A stretch of 32,381 nt of DNA from positions 1-32,381 of the forward strand of contig SXHE01000867.1 in assembly GCA_005773755.1 (NCBI GenBank), given 5' to 3'. How positions within the stretch are numbered: the stretch's first letter is position 1; each line of letters begins with the position of its first letter. This DNA comes from Planctomycetia bacterium (GTDB lineage: Bacteria > Planctomycetota > Planctomycetia > Gemmatales > Gemmataceae). The position numbers and the translations under genes were made by a program. The notes under the pieces are model-generated. The model was not told where the DNA came from and made no database searches. It saw nothing but the letters and a program-made list of their open reading frames with translations. Below, in pieces: positions 17,953 through 27,536 of the stretch.

Positions 17953-18079
17953 TGTCCGCGGGTCTGGCCCGGGCCCGCCTGTGTGTCGAGAAGTGAGTGT
18001 TCGGGTCTTTCAACGCAACGGCCCGCCGGTGCCAGCCGGCGGGCCGTCCAAAAACCAGCGAAGAGGAGGGCTCTTCACC

Positions 18080-18226
18080 ATGTGCCATTGTACACGTGTT
18101 CGACCGGGGCGCAACAGCCCAGGGTGGCAACTCCCTGACGATCCGGCCGGTCCAGTGCGTTTTGGAAACACACGCCAGCCGGCCGCTTTCACACACGCCC
18201 TCCGTCACGGGGAGGGCGGGTCGTGA
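18080..18226 (+). CDS. Possible 48-aa leader peptide coupled to the helicase gene
   Basis: GAGGAGG at 18063-18069, ATG 18080; its TGA overlaps the helicase GTG (GTGA 18223-18226). Confidence 0.35.
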   Translation: MCHCTRVRPGRNSPGWQLPDDPAGPVRFGNTRQPAAFTHALRHGEGGS

Positions 18227-20172
18227 AACTGACCATCGCCGTTGGGAACATCACCAGAAAGGTGATTTCGCCCGACCTCACGGCCGAATACGCGACCAAG
18301 CTCACCGATGAGATCGCCGCCGAGCCCGACGGTCCGGTCGTGCTGAAGGTCCACAGCTTCGCCGCTTGGCCCGACAGCGCCCGCGCCACGTTCTTCGAGT
18401 TCTGGGCGGCGGTGAAGCAGTCGCGGGCCGTCACGGTCAGGGTCAAGAAAGCGACATACCCGACGCCGCTGGACTTCGTGCTGGCGCAACTCGGGGACGA
18501 ACCATCGCAGGACGAGGTCACCGACTGGTTGACCGAGGCAGCGGGCGCCGTCGCTGCGTGTTACTCACAGGGCGAACGTGCCGCGTGCGCGCAGGCCGTC
18601 GCGCAGCACCTTCAGAAAGTCGGCTTCGGCGGAATCACCGAGCCCGAGTTCCTCGCCCAAGTGGCGGAAGCTGCGGGGGAGACTGACTCCGGCTCGAAGG
18701 GCCAGGGGCCGAACCCCACCCTGCTCGCGAACGACTTCGTCGAACGGCACCGGGCGACGATCACGGTCGGGCCGCTCGCGGCGGACGCGCGGACGCTCCA
18801 CTTCTTCGGCGGAACCTTCTACGAGTGGGACCGCGCCTGGAAGGAGATCAAGCCCGAAGAGATGCGGGCGCTCGTTACCCGCGACCTTCAGGACCACTCC
18901 GGGGTGCCGCGGGTGACCACCCAACTCGTCGCCAACGTGCTGCTGAACCTGCAGGGGCTCTGCGTCGTCGGCGGGGCGGATCAGCCGCTGCCTGTTTACG
19001 TCGAGGAGTACGGCCCGCCGACCCGGAGCACCCGGCGAAAGGTGCTGGTACTCCGGAACGGCATGATCGATCTCGAAGCGATCGCGGCCGGTTCGGAGTC
19101 AAAACTCCTCCCGCACGACCCGCGGTGGTTCGGATCCTCGGTCCTGCCGTTCGACTTCGACCCGGGGGCGACGTGTCCGGAGTTCAAGGTGTTCCTCCGC
19201 CAGGTACTGGAGCGCGACCCGGAGACGAAAAAGCCGCTCACCAAGGGCGACCGCCGGATGAAACTTCTCCAGGAGTGGTTCGGCTACTCGCTGCTCCCCG
19301 ACGGGCGCTTCCAGAAGTTCCTCCTCATGGTCGGCGACGGGAGCAACGGGAAGGGGGTGATCCAAAACCTGTGGCTCCAGATGCTCGGGAAGGAGAACGT
19401 CGCCCACGTCAGCCTCGACCAGTTGAGCGAGCGGTTCGCGCTCCAGCCGCTCTTGGGGAAGATGGCCAACATCTGCGGCGACCTGTGCGAGATCGACGCG
19501 GTCGCCGAGGGGGTGCTGAAGCGCCTCACCGGCGAGGACAACATCATGGTCGACCGGAAGAACCAGGCTCCGGTCACCATGGCCCCGACGATCAAGTTGA
19601 TCTTCGGTACCAACTCCCTGCCGCGGTTCAGCGACAAGAGCCGCGGTGTGTGGCGGCGGCTCGTGGCCATGCCGTTCCGGGTGGTCGTCCCCGACGCCGA
19701 GCAGGACGAACTGCTCGCCAAGAAGCTCGCCGCCGAGTTGCCCGGCATTCTGAACTGGGCACTGCGGGGGCTGCGGCGGCTGCTTCAGCAGGAGCAGTTC
19801 AGTTCCTGTGTGGTGTGCGCCGAGGCGGCGAAGCGGCACCAACTCGACTGCGACCCGGTCTCGCAGTTCGTGGACGAGAACGGGATCCACCCGCCCCCGG
19901 CCGGCGGCCCTCCTCGGCGGATCCTGAAGGACGAACTGTACAAGAAGTACCGCGAGTGGTGCGAGGGCGGCGGCTACCTGCCGCTGTCGAAGAACCGGTT
20001 CAACCGTCAGGTGGGTCGGCTCGCGGGCGTCCAGGAGTACCGCTCGCCCCAGGCCGAGCCCGACGGCAAGCGGCCCTATTTCTGGACCGGAATTGGAAAG
20101 CCGCTCCCGCTGCCCGCCGGCGCAGACGGCACCGAAGGAGATGAGGACGACCTCACAGAGGAGGCGGCGTGA
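18223..20172 (+). CDS. D5/P4-family SF3 helicase (phage/plasmid primase P4 C-terminal type) with C-terminal wHTH
   Basis: LRNGMIDL, LLPHDP, FDFDPGATCPEF, LQEWFGYSL, Walker A GDGSNGKG, LKRLTGED, TNSLP, WRRL, DPVSQF, LYKKYREWC. Confidence 0.9.
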   Translation: MKLTIAVGNITRKVISPDLTAEYATKLTDEIAAEPDGPVVLKVHSFAAWPDSARATFFEFWAAVKQSRAVTVRVKKATYPTPLDFVLAQLGDEPSQDEVTDWLTEAAGAVAACYSQGERAACAQAVAQHLQKVGFGGITEPEFLAQVAEAAGETDSGSKGQGPNPTLLANDFVERHRATITVGPLAADARTLHFFGGTFYEWDRAWKEIKPEEMRALVTRDLQDHSGVPRVTTQLVANVLLNLQGLCVVGGADQPLPVYVEEYGPPTRSTRRKVLVLRNGMIDLEAIAAGSESKLLPHDPRWFGSSVLPFDFDPGATCPEFKVFLRQVLERDPETKKPLTKGDRRMKLLQEWFGYSLLPDGRFQKFLLMVGDGSNGKGVIQNLWLQMLGKENVAHVSLDQLSERFALQPLLGKMANICGDLCEIDAVAEGVLKRLTGEDNIMVDRKNQAPVTMAPTIKLIFGTNSLPRFSDKSRGVWRRLVAMPFRVVVPDAEQDELLAKKLAAELPGILNWALRGLRRLLQQEQFSSCVVCAEAAKRHQLDCDPVSQFVDENGIHPPPAGGPPRRILKDELYKKYREWCEGGGYLPLSKNRFNRQVGRLAGVQEYRSPQAEPDGKRPYFWTGIGKPLPLPAGADGTEGDEDDLTEEAA

Positions 20173-20182
20173 GTGCGAGAGA

Positions 20183-20533
20183 CGTCCGGAACGTCCGGAA
20201 TGCAGTTTTCGATTGCGGACGTCACCAACCGTCGGTCCGGCAACAACTTGCGGTGATGTTCGCCGCGAGCCGTCCGGAATCGTCTTGGATTCTGGACGCC
20301 ATTAACAGTCGCCGGCGCAGAGAGTTACGTCGCGTCGTCCGGAATGAATGTCTTCCGCACTGTTCCTTCGAGGAGGAGAGATCGCGGCAGGTGTGGGAGG
20401 AACGCTGGGCGGGGGTTGGGACCGCGAGCGTTCCGGACGGCGTGTTCGGAAGTTCTGGATTTGAAAGACGTTGAGGCCGTCCGGAATTGACACGCGAATC
20501 CGGACGGCGCGCTCACCGGAGCCGATTCCGGGC
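20183..20533. repeat. Iteron-like array CGTCCGGAAT in direct and inverted orientation; putative replication origin
   Basis: Forward copies at 20183, 20192, 20271, 20336, 20478; reverse exact or near copies at 20212, 20289, 20431, 20497, 20525. Confidence 0.75.
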
Positions 20534-20577
20534 AAAAACAGGGTCCGAAGTGGCCACAAACTGAGGAGAAATCGACC

Positions 20578-21627
20578 ATGAACGTTCTCAATCCGCCCCT
20601 TTTTGAGGCTCTCACGCGGGAATTCGGGGAGGTCCGGGTCACCGACCAAGGCGCGGCCATGATTGCACGCCACGTCCGGTATCCGGGCGGTCAGGTGCGT
20701 CTCGAGGTGGGTTCGGCCGGGGAGTACTACCGGGTCTGCTGCGCTTTCTGTAACGACACCCGCTTCCGGCTCTGGATCAACCACCGCTGGGGCGTTCCGG
20801 ACCCGAAGACCGGGAGCCGGCACCGGTGGGCAGCCATCTGTTACAACGAGAACTGTCTTGCGCGAGAAGAGAACCGCGTCGAACTGATTCGTCGCGTCTC
20901 GTGGTACGACCGCACGGCCGGTGCCGGGCGGGTGAAAATCCTGCCCGGAAGAGTGACCGAACCGGGCACGCCGAAGCCGCTCCCCCGCGACTTCCTCCGA
21001 CTCAGCGAACTCGATAAGGGGCACCCGGCGCGGGGATACGTTCGGAGCCGCGGCTTCGTTCCCGATCTGATCTCGCAGCGCTGGGGCGTCGGGTACTCCG
21101 AGGCGGGACCGTTCCCCGGTGCGGGAATCGGCCGCCTCGTCATCCCCATCCACCGCGTCACGGAGGACGGCGCGAGGGTGTGGGGTTGGCAGGCCCGAAG
21201 ACTGAATGAGAACGAACACTTGCCCAAATACTTCACCGCGCCCGGCCTCCAGAAGACCGCGTTCCTGTACGGCGCCGAGCGGATCACCGACGGCACCGGC
21301 CCCGTCGTGGTCTGTGAGGGGCCGATCGACGTGTGGCGCTTCGAGCGGGATGCCGTCGCGCTGCTCGGGAATCACATTTCCGACTCCCAGGTGCGCCTCC
21401 TGTGCCGCCTCGCAACCGGTCGCCCGCTCGTCGTGGCCCTCGACGGGGAGGCCCGGGACGAGGCCGAAGTCGTCGTTACCCGACTCCGCCGGGCGCGCGA
21501 GTCCTCGATCCTTCGCCCCGATCCGTCGCCGGTGTTACTAATGCCCTTCCCAGCCGGGCGCGACCCGGCGGACTGTTCACATGAAGAACTGAAACGGCGG
21601 ATGCGCCGACTGCTGCAGACGACGTGA
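20578..21627 (+). CDS. TOPRIM DNA primase-like protein with an N-terminal Zn-binding domain
   Basis: GAGGAG RBS; CAFCND..CYNENC; YVRSRG, RLVIPI, GWQAR, PKY, FLYG, VCEGPID, ALDGE, RDPAD. Confidence 0.85.
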   Translation: MNVLNPPLFEALTREFGEVRVTDQGAAMIARHVRYPGGQVRLEVGSAGEYYRVCCAFCNDTRFRLWINHRWGVPDPKTGSRHRWAAICYNENCLAREENRVELIRRVSWYDRTAGAGRVKILPGRVTEPGTPKPLPRDFLRLSELDKGHPARGYVRSRGFVPDLISQRWGVGYSEAGPFPGAGIGRLVIPIHRVTEDGARVWGWQARRLNENEHLPKYFTAPGLQKTAFLYGAERITDGTGPVVVCEGPIDVWRFERDAVALLGNHISDSQVRLLCRLATGRPLVVALDGEARDEAEVVVTRLRRARESSILRPDPSPVLLMPFPAGRDPADCSHEELKRRMRRLLQTT

Positions 21628-21928
21628 GTGGAGCGATCGCGGCGCGAGCTCTCGATCGCCCGGCGCGACGCGTGCCTCCTCTGTGTAAGCGACGTGGGAT
21701 GCTATGAACGAGGGAAACACAGGGGGGGCCCTTTGCTCCCGAAAACGGTTCCGAAATGGCGAAATCTGGGACCGAAATCCCGGGTTTAGGGACGGAAATC
21801 CGACAGCGGAAGGCCCGTTTTGCACCAGACTGCGGTTCCTCGGTTGTTGAGCAATTGGCTGCTGAGAACCGCTCAGAGGTGGTGCTTCAGACCTGAGTTC
21901 ACTTTCCAACCTTCAGGAGGCAAGCGAC

Positions 21929-22759
21929 ATGGCTGTCGAGACGAAACAGACCACGAAGTGGAAGATCGCCAAGCTCACAGAACACCCGCAACAGGCCGCG
22001 ATGTTCGGCGACGTCGACGAGACCGAACTGGCGGCGCTCGCCGAGCACATGCGTAAGCACGGGCAGCGCGACCCGGTCGAGATCACCTCGTCGGGAGTGA
22101 TCATCGCCGGCCACCAGCGGGTCCGCGCGGCCGTGCGCCTCGGGTGGAAGGAGGTCGCCGTGGTTGTCCGCCGCGATCTCGAGGCCGAGGGACCGGACGC
22201 GGTGGAGCGCCACTTCGTCGAGGACAACTTCGTCAGACGCCAGCTCGGCCCTCTGGCGAAGGCGCGGTGCATCCGACGCCTGATGGAGTTGGAGGAGGGT
22301 GAGACCGTCCGCAGGTTCGGGTTCACGAAGAAGGAGGAACTCAAGGGCCGGATCGCGAAGCGCATGAAGCTGTCCCTCCGCAGCGTCAACCGGTACCTGC
22401 TCCTGCTCGACGCGCCCGATGCGATCCAGGCGGCATTCGACCAGGGCGAGATCTCACTCGTGACCGCCGGGAAGGTCGCGCTCCTCGACAAGGCAGCTCA
22501 AGAAGAGATCGCCAGACGGATCGCCGCCGGCGAGAAAGCGGCAGCCCTCGTTCAGGAACGCGCGCAGACCGGTGCGGCGGACGGGGTGCCCAAGGCGTTC
22601 GGCCGCCTCGTCCGCTCGCTGCGGCGTGAGGTGCCGGTCATCCGCGGGCACCTCGACCGGATCGCGCCTGGCCGATTGCAGAAGGCCGCGGTCTCGGTCG
22701 AAGAGGCCGTCGAACTGCTCAACGAAGTTGTCGCCGCGGGCAACAGACAGTCGCAGTAA
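21929..22759 (+). CDS. ParB/Srx N-terminal domain protein with HTH
   Basis: AGGAGG RBS; HPQQ..LAEHMRKHGQRDPV..IIAGHQRVRA..DNFVRRQL; HTH-like IAKRMKLSLRSVNRY. Confidence 0.85.
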   Translation: MAVETKQTTKWKIAKLTEHPQQAAMFGDVDETELAALAEHMRKHGQRDPVEITSSGVIIAGHQRVRAAVRLGWKEVAVVVRRDLEAEGPDAVERHFVEDNFVRRQLGPLAKARCIRRLMELEEGETVRRFGFTKKEELKGRIAKRMKLSLRSVNRYLLLLDAPDAIQAAFDQGEISLVTAGKVALLDKAAQEEIARRIAAGEKAAALVQERAQTGAADGVPKAFGRLVRSLRREVPVIRGHLDRIAPGRLQKAAVSVEEAVELLNEVVAAGNRQSQ

Positions 22760-22938
22760 CCGTCCCGCGGCGCGCGTGACTTCAAACACGCAAATGGGGC
22801 CACACGCCTGTCACAGGACAGCGTGTCCCGTGTGTCCGGACCCGGATCGGCCGGGCCAGTTCGGGTTCTCAAGGGCGAGAGCCGAACCGTTGAAAAGGAA
22901 GGATTCGCCGCACAGCGCCACAACCACAGAGGAATACC

Positions 22939-23844
22939 GTGACGAAGTCGAACCGCGCCGCAGAGACTGTTGCCAAAAAGAAGCCGCGACTGTCGCTGGT
23001 CAGCATGGCCGAGCTGTGCAACGAGAGCACCGCGCCGGACTGGTTGGTGAAGAACGTGATGGCTGCGAAACAGCCGCTCGTGATCGGCGGCCCCGCGAAG
23101 TGCCTCAAGACCTCTCTGGCGCTGGATCTTGCGGTGAGTCTGGCCACCGGCACCCCGTTCCTGGATACGTTCGCGGTAACAGAACGGTGCGACGTGGCCG
23201 TGTTCAGCGGCGAGAGCGGGCGGACCACGATCAACGAGACCGTTCAGCGGATCTGCCGGGCGAGGGACGAGGACCCCGCCGAGTGCGGCGTCCACTGCGG
23301 CTTCCGGCTGCCCCGCCTGGGCAACGCCGCCGACCGCAAGGAACTGAAGCAACTACTCCGCGACCGAAAGATCGGCGTCGTGGTGATCGACCCCCTGTAC
23401 CTGTGCCTCGGCGGGGGGCGGTCGATCTCGGCGGCGAATTTGTACGACGTGGGCGGGATCCTCGCCGCGGTCACCGACGCTTGCCTTCGGGCCGGCGCGA
23501 CGCCAGTGCTCGTCCACCACACGAACAAGAGCGCCGCGGCGGGAAAGGAGTCCCTCGCGCTCTACGATCTGGCCTACTCCGGGGTCGCCGAGTTCGCCCG
23601 GCAGTGGTTGCTGGTCAACCGCCGCACCGAGTACCGGGCCGGCAGCGGGGCGCACGACCTCGTGCTGTCGGTCGGCGGCAGCGCCGGGCACTCGTCGCGG
23701 TGGCGGGTTCTGATCAACGAAGGCCCCGGCGACGCGAAGCGGCGCTCCTGGTCAGTTCGCGCGGTTCGCGACGGAGAGTCGGATAGCATCTCGTCCCGAT
23801 CGCGCAGGCGGAGCAGGAGCCTGTGTGATGCGGGCGAGGTGTGA
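22939..23844 (+). CDS. AAA_25 / RecA-fold (RepA-type helicase-like) ATPase
   Basis: GAGGA RBS; WLVKNV, Walker A GGPAKCLKTS, FSGE, Walker B VVVIDPL, LVHHTNK. Confidence 0.82.
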   Translation: MTKSNRAAETVAKKKPRLSLVSMAELCNESTAPDWLVKNVMAAKQPLVIGGPAKCLKTSLALDLAVSLATGTPFLDTFAVTERCDVAVFSGESGRTTINETVQRICRARDEDPAECGVHCGFRLPRLGNAADRKELKQLLRDRKIGVVVIDPLYLCLGGGRSISAANLYDVGGILAAVTDACLRAGATPVLVHHTNKSAAAGKESLALYDLAYSGVAEFARQWLLVNRRTEYRAGSGAHDLVLSVGGSAGHSSRWRVLINEGPGDAKRRSWSVRAVRDGESDSISSRSRRRSRSLCDAGEV

Positions 23845-24183
23845 CGGCGACCGGTGCCCGCGGCGTGCGTTGAGGATTCGGTTCGAGAAGCGGCGCGTGG
23901 CGCCTCCAAACCGGCGGTCCAGAGATCAGTTTCGCGATCGTTAAGGCGCCGTTAATCCCCTGAATGGGCTCGAACCGGCACCTTAACCTCGCGTTAGCTC
24001 GCCGAAAGCGGGGGTAAATCGGCCCTGGAGGGCCGCTCGTAGCCCCGAGACAGCCGTCCGCGCCTGTCTCGGGACGCACGCGCTGTTCCGATCTCGCGAA
24101 AAAGGCCGGAAAATGCGACACTGGGACCGTCCGAGTGGTGGCCCCGCGAAGGTGTAGTACAAACGCGACTCCGGGTAACCAAG

Positions 24184-24564
24184 ATGGCCCTCGAAACGCG
24201 CAAGGTCGGCGGCAACGCGTACCTGTACCTGTCCCGCCGTGACGCGAAGACGGGCCGAGTCAGGAAGGTGTACGTAGGGCGCGGGCCGAAGGCCGACGCC
24301 GCCGCGGCTGAGTTGGAGACGCGCCGGAAGAGCCGCGGCGACGAACGCCGCGCAGTCGAGCAGGCAGTCGCCGAACTCCGAGCCGTGGACGCGCTGATGG
24401 CCTCGTTTGGTGAGGCCGCCACGCTGATTATGGAGGCGACGCTCTTCGCCGCAGGGTTTCACCGCCCCAACTTCGGGGTGTGGCGCAAGAGGAGGAACAG
24501 AGATGGCCACGGAGGGCACCGGGGAGCGATCCCCGACCGAGGCGCAGCCGGACGAATTGGCTGA
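24184..24564 (+). CDS. Hypothetical basic protein
   Basis: YLYLSRR..GRVRKVYVGRG followed by a helical region; plausible codon usage. Confidence 0.65.
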   Translation: MALETRKVGGNAYLYLSRRDAKTGRVRKVYVGRGPKADAAAAELETRRKSRGDERRAVEQAVAELRAVDALMASFGEAATLIMEATLFAAGFHRPNFGVWRKRRNRDGHGGHRGAIPDRGAAGRIG

Positions 24565-25171
24565 ACTGCGAACCGTGATCGCGAAGGCCCGGGCGGGCGA
24601 CGCCAGTGTGGTGCCGCGGTTGCGGGCGATCCTCGCCAGCAATCCTGCCCTCGTCGGGCACTACGGCGACATCGCACGGCAGGCCGAGGGGGCTTGGGTC
24701 GCGCTCGCGGCCGGCCCCAATTTGTTCATGAAGGAGTCGCTCGCCCGCGCCGCGGACGCCCGGCGGACCGAACTGACGCGGCCGGGGGCGACGGCCGTCG
24801 AAAAACTGTTGGTGGAGCGGGTCGTTGCGTGCTGGCTGCAGACGAATTACTTCAGCGCGCACGAGGCCGACAGGTTGGCCGCCGGCGACACCTTCCGCCA
24901 GTTGCAGTTCCACGCCAAGCGGCTCGAACGGGCGCAGCGGATGTACCTCGCGGCGCTAGGTGGTCTCCTGACCTTTCAGAAACTCACGCCCGTGCCCAAC
25001 CGGGAAACGCTGACGCGCGAACTGGCCTCTTGCGCCGAGGAGCGCCAGCAGCCACGAACCGAGGCAGTCGTGGCACAGGCGGACCGCGCCGTGGTGTCAG
25101 TCGAGGTGGATGAACCTTCTGAGCTGGAGCCCGCCGAACAGGAACGTGTTCGGGTCTGGGCCGGTGGTTGA
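24503..25171 (+). CDS. Hypothetical helical protein
   Basis: AGGAGG RBS before ATG 24503; EKLLVERVVACWLQ helical segment; overlaps the previous gene. Confidence 0.7.
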   Translation: MATEGTGERSPTEAQPDELAELRTVIAKARAGDASVVPRLRAILASNPALVGHYGDIARQAEGAWVALAAGPNLFMKESLARAADARRTELTRPGATAVEKLLVERVVACWLQTNYFSAHEADRLAAGDTFRQLQFHAKRLERAQRMYLAALGGLLTFQKLTPVPNRETLTRELASCAEERQQPRTEAVVAQADRAVVSVEVDEPSELEPAEQERVRVWAGG

Positions 25172-25202
25172 ACCTCGCGCCAAACGGAAAGGAGTCCGCG
25201 AC

Positions 25203-25562
25203 ATGAACGATCTGGCAACTCGTTCCGAACCGCAACTGATGCTCGACCTGATGATGGAATCTCTCAGGGTGCGCGACGAGCGCCTGAACTCCGTCGTGAG
25301 CGAACTGCTGACGCGGCACGGTGTGCGGTCCGTACCGCAACTCGTCCGGGTTGCTGCTAACTCAAAGAACGGAACCGGCCACCGCGTCCGCGCGCTGGAG
25401 GTGCTCGCCCGGATCGGACCGCCCTACAGGCTGGAGTTGACGGACCTGCTCGTTTTGGTGCAACGGACGCGCAACAAGGCCGTTCGGGAAGCGGCGGCGA
25501 AGTTGTTCGCCGTCACCGGGACCGCGGCTAATTCGGGGCCGAGTGTCGGTCCTCTGTCATGA
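25203..25562 (+). CDS. Hypothetical small HEAT-like helical protein
   Basis: AAGGAG at 25189-25194 then ATG 25203; RVRALEVLARIG..VREAAAKL. Confidence 0.6.
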   Translation: MNDLATRSEPQLMLDLMMESLRVRDERLNSVVSELLTRHGVRSVPQLVRVAANSKNGTGHRVRALEVLARIGPPYRLELTDLLVLVQRTRNKAVREAAAKLFAVTGTAANSGPSVGPLS

Positions 25563-26103
25563 CGTTTGGTCGCGGGCCCGATCGTATTCGCGCGGATTCG
25601 CGGCACCGGCGGTGAACGTTGCACGACGTCGGGCTACCGTTTGCAAGCTGCTCGGTGCCGACCGGAGGCGACAGGCTGCTCCTGAACACGCTCGCCGCGG
25701 ACAGGAACCCACAAATCCGCGAAGCAGTCGGCCGGTGCCTCACGCATTGTCCCGCAGCGGGGCCGTGAGCGTAACTTGTGGCAGTCGTCCAGCGAAGGAG
25801 CGATGCACCAAGGGACGCCGACCAACGACGGACCAGAAGCGGGTTGTCTCGCCGGACGCGCTGTCCGGCGAGACGCGAATTGTGGGTTTGAGGACGCAAG
25901 TGTCGGGGTCGGTTCCGTGTTCCCACCGGACCGCCGTTGGCCCGGCGTCGAACCCGACGTGGCGGCCAGTCGCTTGAGGATGGCGGCTCGGTATCGATAA
26001 TACGGTCTCGGTACGCGAACGGGCGTTTGCCGACTGGAAATGAAAGCATGCGGGATTGATTCGTCCCGCTCCCTCGGCGTCGAGCACTCAACCGGGTAGG
26101 ACG

Positions 26104-27423
26104 ATGGGTAACATGCGTGATCGTCAGCCCACGTCGTGCGATTTGCACGAGGGGCTCACGGACGGTGAGCGGCGGCTCCTCAGCCAAGAGTTCATACTCA
26201 CCCGGCGTATCCCCGCCGGCTTGGCCCTCCTACGCACCGTTCCCTACCCCCTTACCGAAGACACGGCGGCCACGGTCGCGGAGATCAGCCGGCGGTACGT
26301 TTTTCCCTGGCCCGACCTCCGCGCCCGCTACCTTCTCAACTGGGTGTGCGCCCGACTCACCTCCGAGGAGGGGGTGACCCTCCTCCCGCTCTCCGGTGGG
26401 CGGTCTGGCGAAGAGGCCGCAGGGCTCTTCCCGGACCCGGACGACCTCCGGGATTTCACAAACGGCACCGACTTCACGTACGGTCTGGCCGGCAGGCGGG
26501 ACGCGGAAGTCGAAGAAGATTGTGATTCACTTCAGAGGATCATCGAGGCCGCCGCTACAGACAAGTTGTTCGAGTTGGGTGTCGCGGTCGCTTTGCCGCT
26601 CCCGCTCGGCTCCCCGTCGTTGACCCGCATCCCTCTCGTCGAGGGAGTCTGGATCCACCGGCACGTCGTCGAATTGGCCGAGTGGTGTGCCGAACTCGTC
26701 ACTGCCGGGTATCGGCGGCTGCCGTCGCTCGACCCGCACCGCCTCGCGTGGCACAGAGTTTACCCGCGCGACACGGATTGGACCACCCCGCGCGAGGCCG
26801 ATCCGGACGCGATAGCTGAATTGCGGCAGCGGGCGTCCGCGAGGCTGGGCCGGTATCGCGGCCGGGCGCGCGAGGTTGGCGGGGGCACGCACCTTCACAT
26901 CGACGATTACGCTGAATGGAAACACCGCCTCGTGCCCAAGGATCTGCTGGCTCAGCGTACGCCGGGGATCGTGGTCGAATCCTGGAACGCGTGGATCGGC
27001 CAGGCGTCGGATGACGGGCGTGTCGACTTTTTGGGCGAGTTGGTGACGAGGGTGGCGCATCCCGTCGCCGTTCGCCAGGGTGTTGACTTTGCACCCATGG
27101 AACCAGCGGCCTGCAGCGCCTCGCAGCGCCGCCGCTCGGAGGCGGTGTTGGAGTTGAGAGCCTTGGCGGCAGATCGAGTGATCCGAACCCGCCCGGAAGA
27201 GTTGTTCACCCAGGTCCAACTCGCAATTCTCCAAGCGTTGGCAGAGAACAGCACGTTGACCGCTGATGAACTGAAGAAGAAGACCGGATACAGTCGCGCT
27301 CGTCTCTACCAGTCCGGCGGCATCAAGGAGTTGATGCAGCGCGATCCGCCGCTCGTCGTGCTCACTCCTGAAAAGCGAGGCTACATGCTGACAGACGTTC
27401 GCCCGGAGGTTGCCGAGCGCTAG
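26104..27423 (+). CDS. Hypothetical protein with a probable C-terminal winged HTH
   Basis: ~440-aa ORF (start 26104 or 26113); C-terminus FTQVQLAILQAL..LTADELKKKTGYSRARLY..GIKELM..RGYML. Confidence 0.7.
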   Translation: MGNMRDRQPTSCDLHEGLTDGERRLLSQEFILTRRIPAGLALLRTVPYPLTEDTAATVAEISRRYVFPWPDLRARYLLNWVCARLTSEEGVTLLPLSGGRSGEEAAGLFPDPDDLRDFTNGTDFTYGLAGRRDAEVEEDCDSLQRIIEAAATDKLFELGVAVALPLPLGSPSLTRIPLVEGVWIHRHVVELAEWCAELVTAGYRRLPSLDPHRLAWHRVYPRDTDWTTPREADPDAIAELRQRASARLGRYRGRAREVGGGTHLHIDDYAEWKHRLVPKDLLAQRTPGIVVESWNAWIGQASDDGRVDFLGELVTRVAHPVAVRQGVDFAPMEPAACSASQRRRSEAVLELRALAADRVIRTRPEELFTQVQLAILQALAENSTLTADELKKKTGYSRARLYQSGGIKELMQRDPPLVVLTPEKRGYMLTDVRPEVAER

Positions 27424-27536
27424 ACTGCGACTGGACCGCCAACTCTTTTCGGCTCTCTATCGAAAACCGTGTCCAGTGCGGACGCGGCCCGGCAAACCAC
27501 GCACAAACTGGAACCACCGCCCACGGGCGGTGCCCG

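Noticed and set aside
20169-20474. 101-aa ORF, or a CRISPR array, over the repeats
   Set aside because: The repeats are 10 bp, in mixed orientation and irregularly spaced, with no cas genes. The ORF is better explained as read-through of the iterons, although its GTGA overlap means it is not fully excluded.
22801-22887. Small hairpins upstream of the AAA_25 gene
   Set aside because: Short, partly competing stems of a kind expected by chance at this GC content.
25563-26100. ORFs on both strands and a possible TTGAGG-N16-GATAAT promoter
   Set aside because: No RBS, motif or codon support for the ORFs, and the promoter match is weak.
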